A stretch of 58,270 bases of DNA from an uncultured Candidatus Saccharibacteria bacterium (GCA_964467385.1 CAYXQC010000005.1:1-58270), one strand, 5' to 3'; positions 8,874 to 19,333 are shown, numbered from the stretch's first letter. Translations and numbers: made by a program. The notes: generated by a model from the letters alone, not told the origin.

Positions 8874-10184
8874 ATGCCTCAAGTAAGACCAGAAATCGAA
8901 ACATTCGCACGGATTAAAGTAATAGGCGTAGGTGGCTCAGGAAAAAATGCTACCAACCACATGATCAATGCAAAAGTTAAAAGCGTTGACTTCCTCGCTA
9001 TCAACACTGATGCACAAGATCTTCACCACTCTTTGGCGAAGAAAAAAATTCATATTGGAAAAAATCTCACAAAAGGACTCGGTGCTGGTATGAATCCTGA
9101 AGTTGGAAAAAAAGCTGCAGAAGAAACTAAAGAAGAAATTCAAGAGGCATTGAAAAATTCTGATATGGTTTTCGTTGCAGGAGGTCTTGGTGGTGGAACA
9201 TGCACAGGTGCTGGACCAGTTGTTGCAAAGATCGCACGAGAAATGGGATCACTCACCATCGGTGTCGTTACAAAACCATTTTCATTTGAAGGTCAATCAC
9301 GTATGCGACTCGCTGAACAAGGTCTTGATGAACTTTCAGCCGCAGTAGACGCACTTGTAGTCATTCCAAACGACAAGCTTCTTCAGGCTGTAGGCAAAGA
9401 CACAACTGCAAAGCAAGCATTTGCTATGTGCGACGAAGTTCTCCGACAGGCAGTTGAGGGTATTTCTGATCTCATCACTATGCCAGGTACAGTAGGTAAC
9501 ATCGACTTCGCTGACATTCGTGCCGTTCTCGAAGATGCCGGTTCTGCTCTTATGGGTATCGGTACAGCTTCTGGTGAGCGACGAGCAGAGGAAGCAGCAA
9601 AGGCAGCTATTAGCTCTCCTCTTATCGATATTTCTATTCACGGCGCAAAAGGTGTTCTTTTCTCTATTGCCGCAGGCGATGATCTCACTATGTGGGAAAT
9701 CCAGGAAGCTGCAAAGATTATCACTGATTCAGTTGATCCAAATGCCAAAATTATTTTCGGTACAGTAAAAGACGAACGACTCAAGAAAAATGAAATCAAG
9801 ATCACAGTAATCGCAGCGAACTTCCCTGATTCACACAATGCTCGAAAAATGTTCTTCGGAACTGACCGACCAGAACCAAAAGCTGTTGGGTACGGCACAG
9901 CCATGAACCCGATTCAAAACGACGACACGGCTCCAGAACCAAGACGAGGTATTTTTAATAGTTTCATGAGCGGATCAAATAGTGGCGCACAGCAAACTCC
10001 TGCATCTGCACAAGTTCAACAGGCGTCTCAAGCTCCTCAGCCAGCAACTCCAGTTCCACAGCAGCCAGCTCCTATTGCTCCAGTTCAGGAAAAGAAAGAG
10101 GCTACTCCTATCCAAACCACAAACGAAGAAGATGATGACTGGGGTGCGGTGCCAGCGTTTTTGCGACGATCTAAACTTAAATAG
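8874..10184 (+). CDS. ftsZ: Cell division GTPase FtsZ
   Basis: GVGGSGKNA and the tubulin signature [19 protein letters not shown]-rich linker is followed by a C-terminal peptide [13 protein letters not shown]. Confidence 0.95.
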   Translation: MPQVRPEIETFARIKVIGVGGSGKNATNHMINAKVKSVDFLAINTDAQDLHHSLAKKKIHIGKNLTKGLGAGMNPEVGKKAAEETKEEIQEALKNSDMVFVAGGLGGGTCTGAGPVVAKIAREMGSLTIGVVTKPFSFEGQSRMRLAEQGLDELSAAVDALVVIPNDKLLQAVGKDTTAKQAFAMCDEVLRQAVEGISDLITMPGTVGNIDFADIRAVLEDAGSALMGIGTASGERRAEEAAKAAISSPLIDISIHGAKGVLFSIAAGDDLTMWEIQEAAKIITDSVDPNAKIIFGTVKDERLKKNEIKITVIAANFPDSHNARKMFFGTDRPEPKAVGYGTAMNPIQNDDTAPEPRRGIFNSFMSGSNSGAQQTPASAQVQQASQAPQPATPVPQQPAPIAPVQEKKEATPIQTTNEEDDDWGAVPAFLRRSKLK

Positions 10185-10210
10185 TAAAACCAATTCTTTC
10201 TTCGTTATAT

Positions 10211-10244
10211 AAAAAAGCCCGAAGTGTTTCCACGACGGGCTTTT
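10211..10244. terminator. Bidirectional terminator
   Basis: AAAAAAGCCCG aagtgtttccacga CGGGCTTTT. Confidence 0.8.
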
Positions 10245-10261
10245 ATGGTGAGTAGTCCGAT

Positions 10262-10564
10262 CTACTGACCAAGAAGTGCTTTGAGTTTCTTCTCTTCTTT
10301 CCACAGGATTGGCCAGATGATTTTCGATTGCAGGATGAGACACGCCACGATCGACGGTACCAGCAATTTCACCAGATCAGTGATGGTGTAGTTCAAAATC
10401 AAACTGGGCAAGTTGAAACAAGAAGTGCTGACCAACATCATCAGAAGAAAGAGACCTGCTTGGATTGCATAGCCAGCAAACTTCACGATCATGATGTTGA
10501 ATTTTGCATTTTCAATCTCTGCCTTCTGAAGGTTTTTCCTAAACGCATTTCTACTTGTATGCAT
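10262..10564 (-). CDS. Hypothetical small membrane protein
   Basis: 100 codons with two hydrophobic segments (AGYAIQAGLFLLMMLVS; LLVPSIVACLIL). GC-richer than its neighbours. Confidence 0.45.
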   Translation of the reverse strand: MHTSRNAFRKNLQKAEIENAKFNIMIVKFAGYAIQAGLFLLMMLVSTSCFNLPSLILNYTITDLVKLLVPSIVACLILQSKIIWPILWKEEKKLKALLGQ

Positions 10565-10699
10565 AATTTCTCCTCAGTAATATGAAGGTTGTTGTTTTTT
10601 GACTTAAGTTCAGTGCCACTTGGCATCGAAATATTGTCACAATATTATATAAAAGTCAATACATGTGAATTTCCCCTTCTGCCGTATAATTGTAAATCT

Positions 10700-11680
10700 A
10701 TGAACAGCAATTCTATGAACACATATGATCTTCTAATTATTGGTGGTGGGCCAGCAGGAGTTGCTGCAGGTGTGTATGCATCACGAAAGCAACTTAAAAC
10801 CCTTTTTGTAACTGAATCTTTCCTTGGTCAAAGCTCAGTTTCTGAGGGAATTGAAAACTGGATTGGTACAGTCAAAATAAGCGGTGCGGATCTATGTAAA
10901 AATCTTGAGGAACATCTCCGAGCGTATGCTGGCAATATTGTAGATATTCAAACTAGAAGTCGAGTAACTTCTATCGAAAAATCTCCAGAACATACAGATG
11001 CGTCCCCTATTTTCAAAATCACAGTCACAAAGACTGGCACAGGAGAATCAAACGAGCATATCGTTAAAAATATTCTCATCACGACAGGAAGTACTCGAAG
11101 AAAAATCGAAGCGAAGAATGCGGACATTTTTGAACACAAAGGTCTGACGTACTGCGCAACATGTGATGGACCAATCTTCGCTGGCCAAGATGTAGCTGTT
11201 GTTGGTGGTGGGAATGCTGCATTTGAAAGCGCTGCACAGCTCGCTGCATACTGTAAATCCGTAACGATCATCAACCGAAGTGAAATCTTTCGTGCTGATC
11301 CTGTTACTGTTGAAAAAGTTTGCGCAAAAGAAAATGTGCGAGTTCTAAAAAATGCAGTGATCAATGAAATTGTGGGTGAAAAATTTGTGAAAGGTTTAGT
11401 GTACGAAACCTCTGATGCGGCCGGAACACCACAGACTCTCCCTGTTACTGGTATTTTTATTGAAATCGGCCTTATCCCAAACACTTCTTTTGTAAAAAAT
11501 ATTGTTGAACTAGATAGTTATGGAAAAATCGTAGTGGACCCACGAAATCAACAAACTAAAACCCCTGGCGTTTGGGCAGCTGGTGATTGTACAGATGGCC
11601 TATACCATCAGAACAACATAGCAGCCGGTGATGCTGTAAAAGCGCTTGAAGATATTTATATTGCGGTGAGTCGAAGATAG
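10700..11680 (+). CDS. trxB: Thioredoxin-disulfide reductase
   Basis: FAD motif LLIIGGGPAGVAAG, redox centre CATCDG, NADPH motif VAVVGGGNAAFE. I prefer ATG 10700 over the upstream extension of the ORF-track call. Confidence 0.9.
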   Translation: MNSNSMNTYDLLIIGGGPAGVAAGVYASRKQLKTLFVTESFLGQSSVSEGIENWIGTVKISGADLCKNLEEHLRAYAGNIVDIQTRSRVTSIEKSPEHTDASPIFKITVTKTGTGESNEHIVKNILITTGSTRRKIEAKNADIFEHKGLTYCATCDGPIFAGQDVAVVGGGNAAFESAAQLAAYCKSVTIINRSEIFRADPVTVEKVCAKENVRVLKNAVINEIVGEKFVKGLVYETSDAAGTPQTLPVTGIFIEIGLIPNTSFVKNIVELDSYGKIVVDPRNQQTKTPGVWAAGDCTDGLYHQNNIAAGDAVKALEDIYIAVSRR

Positions 11681-11712
11681 TTTAATCCCGATCCTTGTTT
11701 TTAGACTATTTG

Positions 11713-11786
11713 TGGGCGATAGAGGGTTCGAACCTCTGAACCTTCCGCACGTCAAGCGGACGCTCTACCAACTGAGCTAATCGCCC
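11713..11786 (-). tRNA. tRNA-Val (anticodon GAC), no encoded CCA
   Basis: Reverse complement GGGCGATTAGCTCAGTTGGTAGAGCG TCCGC TTGACGT GCGGA ... AGAGG TTCGAAC CCTCT ATCGCCC A. A cloverleaf can be drawn by hand. Confidence 0.9.
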
Positions 11787-11873
11787 TAATTTAAACCTAA
11801 AATAAGCCACATACGGCCGATTTCTATACAAAATGAGAATATCACGGCCTGGTCCCATTTTCAATCAGTTTTT

Positions 11874-11902
11874 TTGCATTTTTGGTGAAAAAGTGTTATA
11901 TT
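11874..11902 (+). promoter_or_regulatory. Promoter of tRNA-Glu
   Basis: TTGCAT (11874-11879), 17-nt spacer, TGtTATATT (-10 at 11897-11902). The tRNA starts 12 nt later. Confidence 0.6.
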
Positions 11903-11914
11903 TCCCAAACAAAT

Positions 11915-11986
11915 GGCCCTATCGTCTATCGGTTAGGACGAAAGCTTTTCAAGCTTTAAAGCCGGGTTCGACTCCCGGTAGGGTCA
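11915..11986 (+). tRNA. tRNA-Glu (anticodon TTC), no full CCA encoded
   Basis: GGCCCTA..GTCT..GGAC G AAAGC TTTTCAA GCTTT AAAG CCGGG TTCGACT CCCGG TAGGGTC A. All four stems pair. Confidence 0.9.
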
Positions 11987-12022
11987 CCTTCAACAGCTAG
12001 TCTAAGTTAGTATAGTAATTCT

Positions 12023-12601
12023 ATGGAAAATTATTTAAAAGAGTCGCATATTGAAAAAAACGAATTGATCAGTCTCTTGAATCAATATGGCATCCCTATT
12101 CATGATTGGGGTAAGGGTGAGGCTAAAACAGTTGATCATTTAGTTAATGAAATCAACAATGGAGAGACAATGCTTGTTCAAGATGTAGAATCAGGAAAAT
12201 TAATTCGTGAGTTTTCGTTCCTTGCCCTCCTTGTTTTGTATAAAGATAGAAATGATACATACAAATTGGTTGAAGAAAAACAGGTATTTGCAGATGGTCG
12301 AGAGCGAGTTCGTTCTCTTGAAGTGAGTATCGGCGAAAAAATCAAGCGCAGCGAAAATAATATCGAAGATGTGGTTGCAAGAGCCTTGAGCGAAGAGCTT
12401 GGCATACAGGAAGGATTCGTTACTGAAAAGGGAGAGGTTGTAGTTGAAGACGCCGATTCAAAATCGTATCCGGGACTCACCAGTCATCGCAACAAACATA
12501 ATGCGGTAGTAGAGATTGATTCCACTCAATATAACCCAGGAGGATACAAAGAGGTTCAGGCTGACAAAACTACTTATTTTACCTGGAAAAAAATTGCATA
12601 G
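12023..12601 (+). CDS. Hypothetical protein with an imperfect Nudix-box-like motif
   Basis: GEKIKRSENNIEDVVARALSEELGI resembles GX5EX7REUXEEXGU but needs two one-residue offsets to align. Confidence 0.4.
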   Translation: MENYLKESHIEKNELISLLNQYGIPIHDWGKGEAKTVDHLVNEINNGETMLVQDVESGKLIREFSFLALLVLYKDRNDTYKLVEEKQVFADGRERVRSLEVSIGEKIKRSENNIEDVVARALSEELGIQEGFVTEKGEVVVEDADSKSYPGLTSHRNKHNAVVEIDSTQYNPGGYKEVQADKTTYFTWKKIA

Positions 12602-12653
12602 CACCATTTCGTCAGCAGACGGAATACGTGACCACATCATAAGCATAACCACC

Positions 12654-13928
12654 ATGAAAATCCTCTCTATCGAAACAAGCTGCGACGAAACTGCCGTTTC
12701 ACTAATTGAAGCAAGTGGTGGTATTGATGCACCTCAATACAAAATTCTTGGCAATGCACTATACTCACAAATTGATATTCATACCGAATATGGTGGAGTT
12801 TTCCCTATTCTCGCAAAGCGCGAACATGCAAAAAATCTTGTTCCACTTTTAGCAAAGACAATCTCACTCGCAGAAGAACATACTACACAAGATACAGCAA
12901 TCGAACCGATCCCTGAGCTCACTGATGCGCGGAAATTAGAAATCAAAGAAATTCTTTCACGAGAAGACGGCTTGTATGATGCGCTCATTCCATTTCTCGA
13001 ATCAAGCGAAATTCCAACTATTGATTGCATCGCAGTTACTGAAGGTCCTGGCCTCGAACCGGCACTCTGGGTAGGTGTAAGTTTAGCCAAAGCCCTTTCT
13101 ATAGCTTTACAAAAACCACTTGCACCAGTTAACCACATGGAAGGACACATTGTTTCTGTGCTCATGAATGAAAATATTTCATCCGAACAAATCGAACAAG
13201 GTAAAGATTCAACCAAAATTCAATTTCCCGCTATTGCACTCCTAATTTCTGGCGGTCACACCGAGCTTGTGTTTTCTGAAAATTGGCATCAATACAAAAT
13301 CATCGGCCAAACACTCGATGATGCGATCGGTGAAGCATTTGATAAAGTAGCGCGACTTATGGATTTACCATATCCAGGTGGACCAAAAATTTCAAAACTA
13401 GCAGCAGAAAGTCGTGCACAAAATCTCACTACGCAAATCGAAAAAGAAACTGGCGCAAAACCATGGCAACTTCCACGCCCAATGATTCATAGTAAGGATT
13501 TCAATTTTTCATTTTCTGGTTTGAAAACAGCGGCGCTATATGCAGTGAAAGAAAAGTTACAGAAAAAATCGGAAAGTCGCAATGAAGCAAAGTTAACAGA
13601 TATAGAAAAACTCACCTTAGCCGAAGAATTTGAAAATGCCGTTACTGAAGTTCTTGTATCAAAAACTCGAAGTGCAATTGAAGAAACTGGCGCAACAACA
13701 CTCATCATCGGCGGTGGAGTTGTGGCAAATGTATATATCCGTGACGCATTTAAAAAACTTGCTACACAAGATGGAATCAATCTTTATACTCCATCTATTT
13801 CTCTTTCAACTGATAACTCAGTAATGATCGGGATTGCTGGATATCTTAGATTTGTTGCAAGTGACGCAAAAATCTTGCAACCAGATGATGCAAAACTTTT
13901 GAGGGCTCAAGGAAATTTGTCGCTTTAA
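12654..13928 (+). CDS. tsaD: tRNA N6-adenosine threonylcarbamoyltransferase (Kae1/TsaD)
   Basis: MKILSIETSCDETAVSL, HMEGH and LLISGGHT. I chose ATG 12654 rather than the 12516 extension, which overlaps the upstream gene. Confidence 0.9.
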   Translation: MKILSIETSCDETAVSLIEASGGIDAPQYKILGNALYSQIDIHTEYGGVFPILAKREHAKNLVPLLAKTISLAEEHTTQDTAIEPIPELTDARKLEIKEILSREDGLYDALIPFLESSEIPTIDCIAVTEGPGLEPALWVGVSLAKALSIALQKPLAPVNHMEGHIVSVLMNENISSEQIEQGKDSTKIQFPAIALLISGGHTELVFSENWHQYKIIGQTLDDAIGEAFDKVARLMDLPYPGGPKISKLAAESRAQNLTTQIEKETGAKPWQLPRPMIHSKDFNFSFSGLKTAALYAVKEKLQKKSESRNEAKLTDIEKLTLAEEFENAVTEVLVSKTRSAIEETGATTLIIGGGVVANVYIRDAFKKLATQDGINLYTPSISLSTDNSVMIGIAGYLRFVASDAKILQPDDAKLLRAQGNLSL

Positions 13929-13973
13929 TAACCCTTATACAAAGCCTCATTTTCTGCTAAACTACCAAATACT

Positions 13974-16391
13974 ATGTCAGAAGAAACCATAAAAAAAGCC
14001 AGCACAGGGGACGCCTCAGTCACGCCTATAGACCCAGTCACCCAAGCTGCGCCAGCAAACTCAGCATACATTGCCCCAAACATCCCAGCCCCTCTCCTAA
14101 AGGCCTACGACCCTAAAGCAACCGAGGAAACTGTATACAAGCTCGAGGAAGCTAGCGGTCTTTTTCATCCCGAAACAGCCGTAGCTGAAGGTATCACAGC
14201 GAAGGACGCTAAGAGCTACACCATCATCATGCCTCCGCCAAATGCCAACGGTCGGCTTCACGTAGGACATTCACTCACCATTACACTTCAGGATATTTTT
14301 ACACGATATCATCGCATGAAAGGCGAAAAGGCTTTGTATGTTCCAGGTGCAGATCACGCTGGATTTGAAACGCAAATTGTATATGAGCGGAAGCTTGAAA
14401 AAGAAGGACGTTCACGATTTAATATGAATCCTGAGGAGTTGTACAAAGAAATTTACGCATTTACGATTGAAAATAAAAAGTTCATGGAAGATGATGTCCG
14501 ACGAATTGGTGCATCATGTGACTGGTCACGAGAAAAGTTTACACTTGATCCCGATGTTGTAACTTCTGCACAAGAAACATTTAGAAAAATGTTTAGAGAT
14601 GACCTTGTATACCGTGGCAAAAGAATCGTAAACTGGTGTGCGAAACATCAAACTTCCCTTTCAGATGTGGAAACAGAATTCATCGAGAAAAAAGATCCAT
14701 TTTATTATTTCAAATACGGCCCTTTTGAAATTGCCACAGCTCGACCAGAAACGAAGTTCGGCGACAAATATGTAGTAATGCACCCAGAAGATACACGATA
14801 TGCAGCATACGAACACGGCCAGAAGATAGAGCTTGAATGGATCAATGGACCAATCACTGCAACGATTATTAAAGATAGCGCAATTGATATGGAATTCGGT
14901 ACAGGTGTAATGACTATCACTCCATGGCACGATCCGGTGGATTTTGAAATTGCACAGCGCCACAACCTTGATTTTGAACAAATTATTGATTTTAAGGGAA
15001 AGCTTTTACCGATTGCGCAAGAGTTTGCAGGTATCCATATCAGCAAAGCACGACCTCAGATTGTAGAAAAACTAAAAGCTAAAGGTCTTCTCGTAAGGGT
15101 TGATGAAAATTATACGCACAATGTGAAATGCTGCTACAAATGCGAAACTCAAATCGAACCACAAATCAAAGATCAGTGGTTTGTAAAAATGAAACCACTC
15201 GCAGAAAAAGCGTTAGAAGCCGTGAAGTCGGGTTCAGTTCGTTTTTTACCTGAAAATTACGAGAAAATATTCACATACTGGATGGAAAACACCCTCGACT
15301 GGAACATTTCTCGCCAGATTGTTTGGGGTATCCCAATTCCTGCAAAAGTTTGTGTTGCATGTAATCAAGGTTTTCTCGACACTGACATAGCAGATACATG
15401 CCCAACTTGTAACCAACCGCTCACAAAAGATACTGACACATTTGACACTTGGTTTTCTTCTGGACAGTGGCCACTTTTGGCACTCGGATATTCACATGGT
15501 ACTCGAAAAAACACTTACAGAGACGGCAGTGAGAGTGCCGAAATCGACGGTGATGTTGCCACATATCACCCGACTCAGGTTATGGAAACCGGTCGCGATC
15601 TCATTTTCAAATGGATTCCGCGAATGGTTATTTTCTCACTCTATCTAAAACAGCAAATTCCGTTTGAACTTGTGTACCTAAACGGACTCGTAAACGACTC
15701 GAAAGGTCAAAAAATGTCAAAGTCAAAAGGTAATGTAACAAGCCCAATTGATTTGATTGAAAAATATGGTAGCGACGCACTCCGAATGTGGCTCGCAATC
15801 GGAAATACTCCAGGAAATGACCTTTCAATGGCTGAGGACAAGATCAAAGGGTATAAACATTTCGGAAATAAGCTTTGGAATATTACACGGTTTATTCTTT
15901 CAAGCACCGAACCACTTAGTATTTCTTATGACCAAAACTTTTCATCATGGAGTGAAGCAGATCAAAAACTTATCGCGGAGCGAAATGAACTTTGGACAGC
16001 GATTACACGTGAATTCAATGAGTACAAAATTCACTTGGCAGCAGAAAAATTGTACCACTATGCATGGAGTACTCTTGCCGACGTCATTCTTGAAGACTCA
16101 AAAGTTATCTTTAATGGCCGTGTTGCAAAAATAGACGAATCAAATCCTGAAAAAAATACTGAAGCTGCTGAACCTGGCACAGATGCCGACAAACAATCAC
16201 GTGCACAATTCCTTCTTCATACACTTCGGATGATTATCACTTCACTCCACCCGATAATGCCGCACATCACTGAAGAATTATGGTCAATTTTGAACACAGG
16301 TAAATCAATTCTTGAACGCGACCATGCTACAATTAAGCCAGCCGATCTTTTGATGGCTCGCGAATGGCCCCTTTTCTCTCACAATCAATAG
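13974..16391 (+). CDS. valS: Valine--tRNA ligase (short form, no long C-terminal coiled coil)
   Basis: PPPNANGRLHVGHSL (HIGH box), PGADHAGFETQ and KMSKSKGN. Confidence 0.9.
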   Translation: MSEETIKKASTGDASVTPIDPVTQAAPANSAYIAPNIPAPLLKAYDPKATEETVYKLEEASGLFHPETAVAEGITAKDAKSYTIIMPPPNANGRLHVGHSLTITLQDIFTRYHRMKGEKALYVPGADHAGFETQIVYERKLEKEGRSRFNMNPEELYKEIYAFTIENKKFMEDDVRRIGASCDWSREKFTLDPDVVTSAQETFRKMFRDDLVYRGKRIVNWCAKHQTSLSDVETEFIEKKDPFYYFKYGPFEIATARPETKFGDKYVVMHPEDTRYAAYEHGQKIELEWINGPITATIIKDSAIDMEFGTGVMTITPWHDPVDFEIAQRHNLDFEQIIDFKGKLLPIAQEFAGIHISKARPQIVEKLKAKGLLVRVDENYTHNVKCCYKCETQIEPQIKDQWFVKMKPLAEKALEAVKSGSVRFLPENYEKIFTYWMENTLDWNISRQIVWGIPIPAKVCVACNQGFLDTDIADTCPTCNQPLTKDTDTFDTWFSSGQWPLLALGYSHGTRKNTYRDGSESAEIDGDVATYHPTQVMETGRDLIFKWIPRMVIFSLYLKQQIPFELVYLNGLVNDSKGQKMSKSKGNVTSPIDLIEKYGSDALRMWLAIGNTPGNDLSMAEDKIKGYKHFGNKLWNITRFILSSTEPLSISYDQNFSSWSEADQKLIAERNELWTAITREFNEYKIHLAAEKLYHYAWSTLADVILEDSKVIFNGRVAKIDESNPEKNTEAAEPGTDADKQSRAQFLLHTLRMIITSLHPIMPHITEELWSILNTGKSILERDHATIKPADLLMAREWPLFSHNQ

Positions 16392-16438
16392 GATTTTTCG
16401 GAAAAATTGTGTCGTTTTTTGGCGACAATCTTTATACT

Positions 16439-17269
16439 ATGGCAACTGATGCGACGGCGGCTTCGTACTTTGTCGCTCAATCTATCTCAGAATCAAGCCT
16501 GGCAAATGTTGCAAATATAGCAAACATTTCTGAAGCCCTATCAAATTCCCCTTCTTTTATTCTCGAATCTTTTTTCTATGCACTCATAGGTGGGCTTTTT
16601 CCAGCGCTGATCTGGCTTTGGTTTTGGATGCATGAAAATCATGATCACCACGAATCAAAGCAAACCATCTGGCTGACATTTATATGCGGTATGTGCGCCG
16701 TACTTTTGGTGTACCCACTTCAACGCACCACTCAATGGTGGATCGGTGAATCAGCGAGCACTGCCAGTATTATTTTTACCTGGGCACTTCTCGAGGAGTT
16801 CTTGAAATTCGCCGCCGCGTATTTCATAGCACTTCGCGACAAAGATAATGTATTCGATGAACCAATTGACGCCTTTGTATACCTTATGACTGCATCACTC
16901 GGCTTTGCAGCACTCGAAAATACTCTTTTTCTTCTCGGGCCACTTCTTCAAGGCGAAGCGCTTACATCAGTTATGGTAGGCAACTTGCGATTCATGGGTG
17001 CCAATCTTCTCCATGTAGCTTCATCAGGTCTTTTGTCCCTCTTTATTGCCTATACATATTTCAAACCGGTCTGGAAGCAGAGGGTTTCGGCTTTCACTGG
17101 AATTGCCGTAGCTACACTTTTCCATGGTGGCTTCAACTTTCTCCTTATCGCTATCGATCACTACAACCTTGGTAAAGAAAAAATATTCTTAGCATTCTCT
17201 TTTGTATGGATGACGCTTATTATTCTGATTTTAGCACTTGAGAAGGTGAAGAAGATTAAGAATTTTTAG
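16439..17269 (+). CDS. PrsW-family intramembrane metalloprotease
   Basis: Polytopic membrane protein with LLEEFLKFAAA, GFAALENTLF and a conserved His region. ATG 16439 avoids overlap with valS. Confidence 0.7.
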   Translation: MATDATAASYFVAQSISESSLANVANIANISEALSNSPSFILESFFYALIGGLFPALIWLWFWMHENHDHHESKQTIWLTFICGMCAVLLVYPLQRTTQWWIGESASTASIIFTWALLEEFLKFAAAYFIALRDKDNVFDEPIDAFVYLMTASLGFAALENTLFLLGPLLQGEALTSVMVGNLRFMGANLLHVASSGLLSLFIAYTYFKPVWKQRVSAFTGIAVATLFHGGFNFLLIAIDHYNLGKEKIFLAFSFVWMTLIILILALEKVKKIKNF

Positions 17270-17377
17270 TTTTTATAAGTCTAGTAGCATTTTACTCAAT
17301 TACTTGCTTTTTGGGTACGCAAATATGCTATACTCTAAAGGTACAAGTTTGTTTAACTTTTCATAACTCATAACCGA

Positions 17378-18001
17378 TTGAACTCCATGAAAAAAAGATC
17401 TTTTTTTGAACGATTAACAGGAAGTGTAAATATTGATGATGACGAAATCCTCGATCTCGACGAGGAAGCTGAGCACAGCTCTTCAGGCGCTGGCCAAAAC
17501 GGCATTTCTCATGGCAGCATAGGCGCGCGTAGCAATGGTTCAAATTCAAACGCTTCAAAATTCGGTCCAAAATCGAAGACTATTACTTTTGGCGGACACG
17601 GAGGTTCTAGTCATGGTTCAAATCATGGTGACAATTCCCTTTCTTCAACATGGATGGAAGATCAGGCCGGTGAAGGCGAGCTTTCACTTGATGTATACCA
17701 GACTCCAGATGAGATTATCGTTCGAGCCATGATTCCGGGTGTACGAAAAGATGATATGGACATCGCTATTTCTCGAGACACCATTACCATTCGAGGATCA
17801 CGAAAAGAAGAGAAAAATATTTCTGAAGAAGACTATGTAGTTCGTGAATTATACTGGGGTACATTTAGTCGAGCAGTTCGACTGCCTCACGAAGTTGATA
17901 TTGAACACGCCGAAGCAACTGAAAACCAGGGACTCCTCACTATCAAATTGCCACGAGTTGATAAGGATAAACAGGCAAAGTTAAGGATTAAGTCTATATA
18001 A
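17378..18001 (+). CDS. Hsp20/alpha-crystallin small heat-shock protein with a Gly/Ser/His-rich N-terminal extension
   Basis: ACD core: LSLDVYQTPDEIIVRAMIPGVRKDDMDIAI...FSRAVRLPHEVD...GLLTIKLPR. Confidence 0.85.
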   Translation: MNSMKKRSFFERLTGSVNIDDDEILDLDEEAEHSSSGAGQNGISHGSIGARSNGSNSNASKFGPKSKTITFGGHGGSSHGSNHGDNSLSSTWMEDQAGEGELSLDVYQTPDEIIVRAMIPGVRKDDMDIAISRDTITIRGSRKEEKNISEEDYVVRELYWGTFSRAVRLPHEVDIEHAEATENQGLLTIKLPRVDKDKQAKLRIKSI

Positions 18002-18025
18002 TAGGTTTTGAAAATTTTAAATTTT

Positions 18026-18054
18026 AAAAAAATAGCCCTTTATGGGCTTTTTTC
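18026..18054 (+). terminator. Rho-independent terminator after hsp20
   Basis: AAAAAAATAGCCC tttat GGGCTTTTTT. Confidence 0.7.
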
Positions 18055-18083
18055 TTACTAAAATTTATGCCTATTTTGAATAT

Positions 18084-18112
18084 TTGACATACTACCACCA
18101 GAGACATATTGT
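18084..18112 (+). promoter_or_regulatory. Promoter of GC-rich cassette
   Basis: TTGACA (18084-18089), 17-nt spacer, TATTGT (18107-18112). Confidence 0.5.
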
Positions 18113-18139
18113 ATATTTTGAAGAGGTACATCCTGTACC

Positions 18140-18838
18140 TTGAAAACACGTATCTCCGCTTTTGTCTTCTCTACCCACATTGATGGGCGGATGAAAGATG
18201 CTGACGGAAATGCACAACATAGAAAGACAATAAAGATGACAACCAGTATAGCGTTAGGAACATCCACAGATCTTTCAGGCCAACTGACTCTAGCCACATT
18301 ATTGGTCATTGCAGTGTACGTGATCTATAGGATTCGCAAAGGGTCCAGAAAGCCGCGATGGTACACGAACGACGAGAAAAGATGGCTCGAGAACATATCG
18401 CAAAGAAGAACACGATTGAAAGAAATAGCCGATTTGCTCAAAGGAAAAGTCTTTGCTGTAGTGATTCGGGTCAAAGGTGGACAAGTGTCTGAATATGAAT
18501 CAATACTCATACAGACCCTTGTTGAATTAGGTTGCAGTGTCATCAACCTACCATTATCAGTGGCACAAAAACTTCACCAAGGTGAATTTCAACCTGTAGA
18601 AAAAGTTAACTTCATCATCGTCGGCACAAAGTGGATGAGAACCCTTGAAGAAGAACGCATGAGTGACACAAAGAGACAAGGTATTGATTTCAAAATCTTT
18701 CCAGGTAATGAAAATCTAATCCTTGGAGCACACAATCATGAGGAAGGAGAAGTAGAATGGTTAACCACGCAAGTCCTCGAATCAATCTATGCTGCAGTCA
18801 AGAGAGCACACACTCTCAGTTTAGGTTCGGTAACCTAA
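18140..18838 (+). CDS. Hypothetical membrane-anchored protein (start uncertain: TTG 18140, ATG 18191 or ATG 18236)
   Basis: One TM segment (LTLATLLVIAVYVIY) followed by a soluble domain of about 170 aa with no recognisable motif. It is bracketed by a promoter and a strong terminator, and is GC-rich. Confidence 0.55.
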   Translation: MKTRISAFVFSTHIDGRMKDADGNAQHRKTIKMTTSIALGTSTDLSGQLTLATLLVIAVYVIYRIRKGSRKPRWYTNDEKRWLENISQRRTRLKEIADLLKGKVFAVVIRVKGGQVSEYESILIQTLVELGCSVINLPLSVAQKLHQGEFQPVEKVNFIIVGTKWMRTLEEERMSDTKRQGIDFKIFPGNENLILGAHNHEEGEVEWLTTQVLESIYAAVKRAHTLSLGSVT

Positions 18839-18862
18839 CCTTGTGAACAGCTTGATTTCTTT

Positions 18863-18897
18863 CCCTGCAATCACTCAACCAAGTGATTGCAGGGTTT
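18863..18897 (+). terminator. Rho-independent terminator
   Basis: Perfect 13-bp stem CCCTGCAATCACT / AGTGATTGCAGGG followed by TTTT. Confidence 0.85.
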
Positions 18898-18994
18898 TAT
18901 ATTATTCCAACAATTTTCAAACAAAATTTAACAGAAAAAACCTCTCGATTTTATTCGAGAGGTTTCTCTTTAAACTTAGAGCACCAGTCTGACC

Positions 18995-19294
18995 TTAGGC
19001 TGCAACTTCTTCTTTCTTTGGTACAGTCTTCTTTGGGAGGACGTTGATCTTCTTTCCTGTGATCACTTTTTCTGCGAGGAGAAGGTTGTGAGCTGAATCA
19101 GAAAGCTGAGCACCCATCTTGATCCAGTGCTTTACTCGATCCGCTTCAATCTTTGTATTCTCCTTTCGGAAATCATGGTTACCTAGGATTTCTAAGAATC
19201 GGCCGCTTTTTGTTGAATTTTTTGAATCAGTTAAAACGAGTCGGAATGTAGGTACCTTTTTTCGTCCAACTCGCTGAAGTCGTATAGTTAACAT
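18995..19294 (-). CDS. rpsP: 30S ribosomal protein S16
   Basis: MLTIRLQRVGRKKVPTFRLVLTDSKNSTKSGRFLEILG. I chose ATG 19294, because the ORF-track extension to 19495 runs through the gene's own promoter. Confidence 0.9.
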   Translation of the reverse strand: MLTIRLQRVGRKKVPTFRLVLTDSKNSTKSGRFLEILGNHDFRKENTKIEADRVKHWIKMGAQLSDSAHNLLLAEKVITGKKINVLPKKTVPKKEEVAA

Positions 19295-19304
19295 ATGTGG
19301 AGAC

Positions 19305-19333
19305 ATGTTATCAAATAAGGCTCCAGGCGTCAA
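19305..19333 (-). promoter_or_regulatory. rpsP promoter (near-leaderless)
   Basis: On the minus strand: TTGACG (19333-19328), 17-nt spacer, TAACAT (19310-19305). The ATG lies 10 nt downstream. Confidence 0.55.

Noticed and set aside
11713-16391. Proximity of tRNA-Val(GAC) to valS (about 2.2 kb apart), considered as a possible functional linkage such as a T-box.
   Set aside because: The two are on opposite strands and are separated by three other genes. The valS ATG is 10 nt from its -10 box, which leaves no room for a T-box leader.
18138-18150. Recurring ACCTTGAAAACA 12-mer at 18137-18148 and 44046-44057, with looser TTGAAAAC variants at 1026, 52934 and 53131.
   Set aside because: Exact matches of 11-12 nt are expected by chance at least tens of times in 58 kb. 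Several instances are simply Met-Lys-Thr start contexts of secreted proteins.
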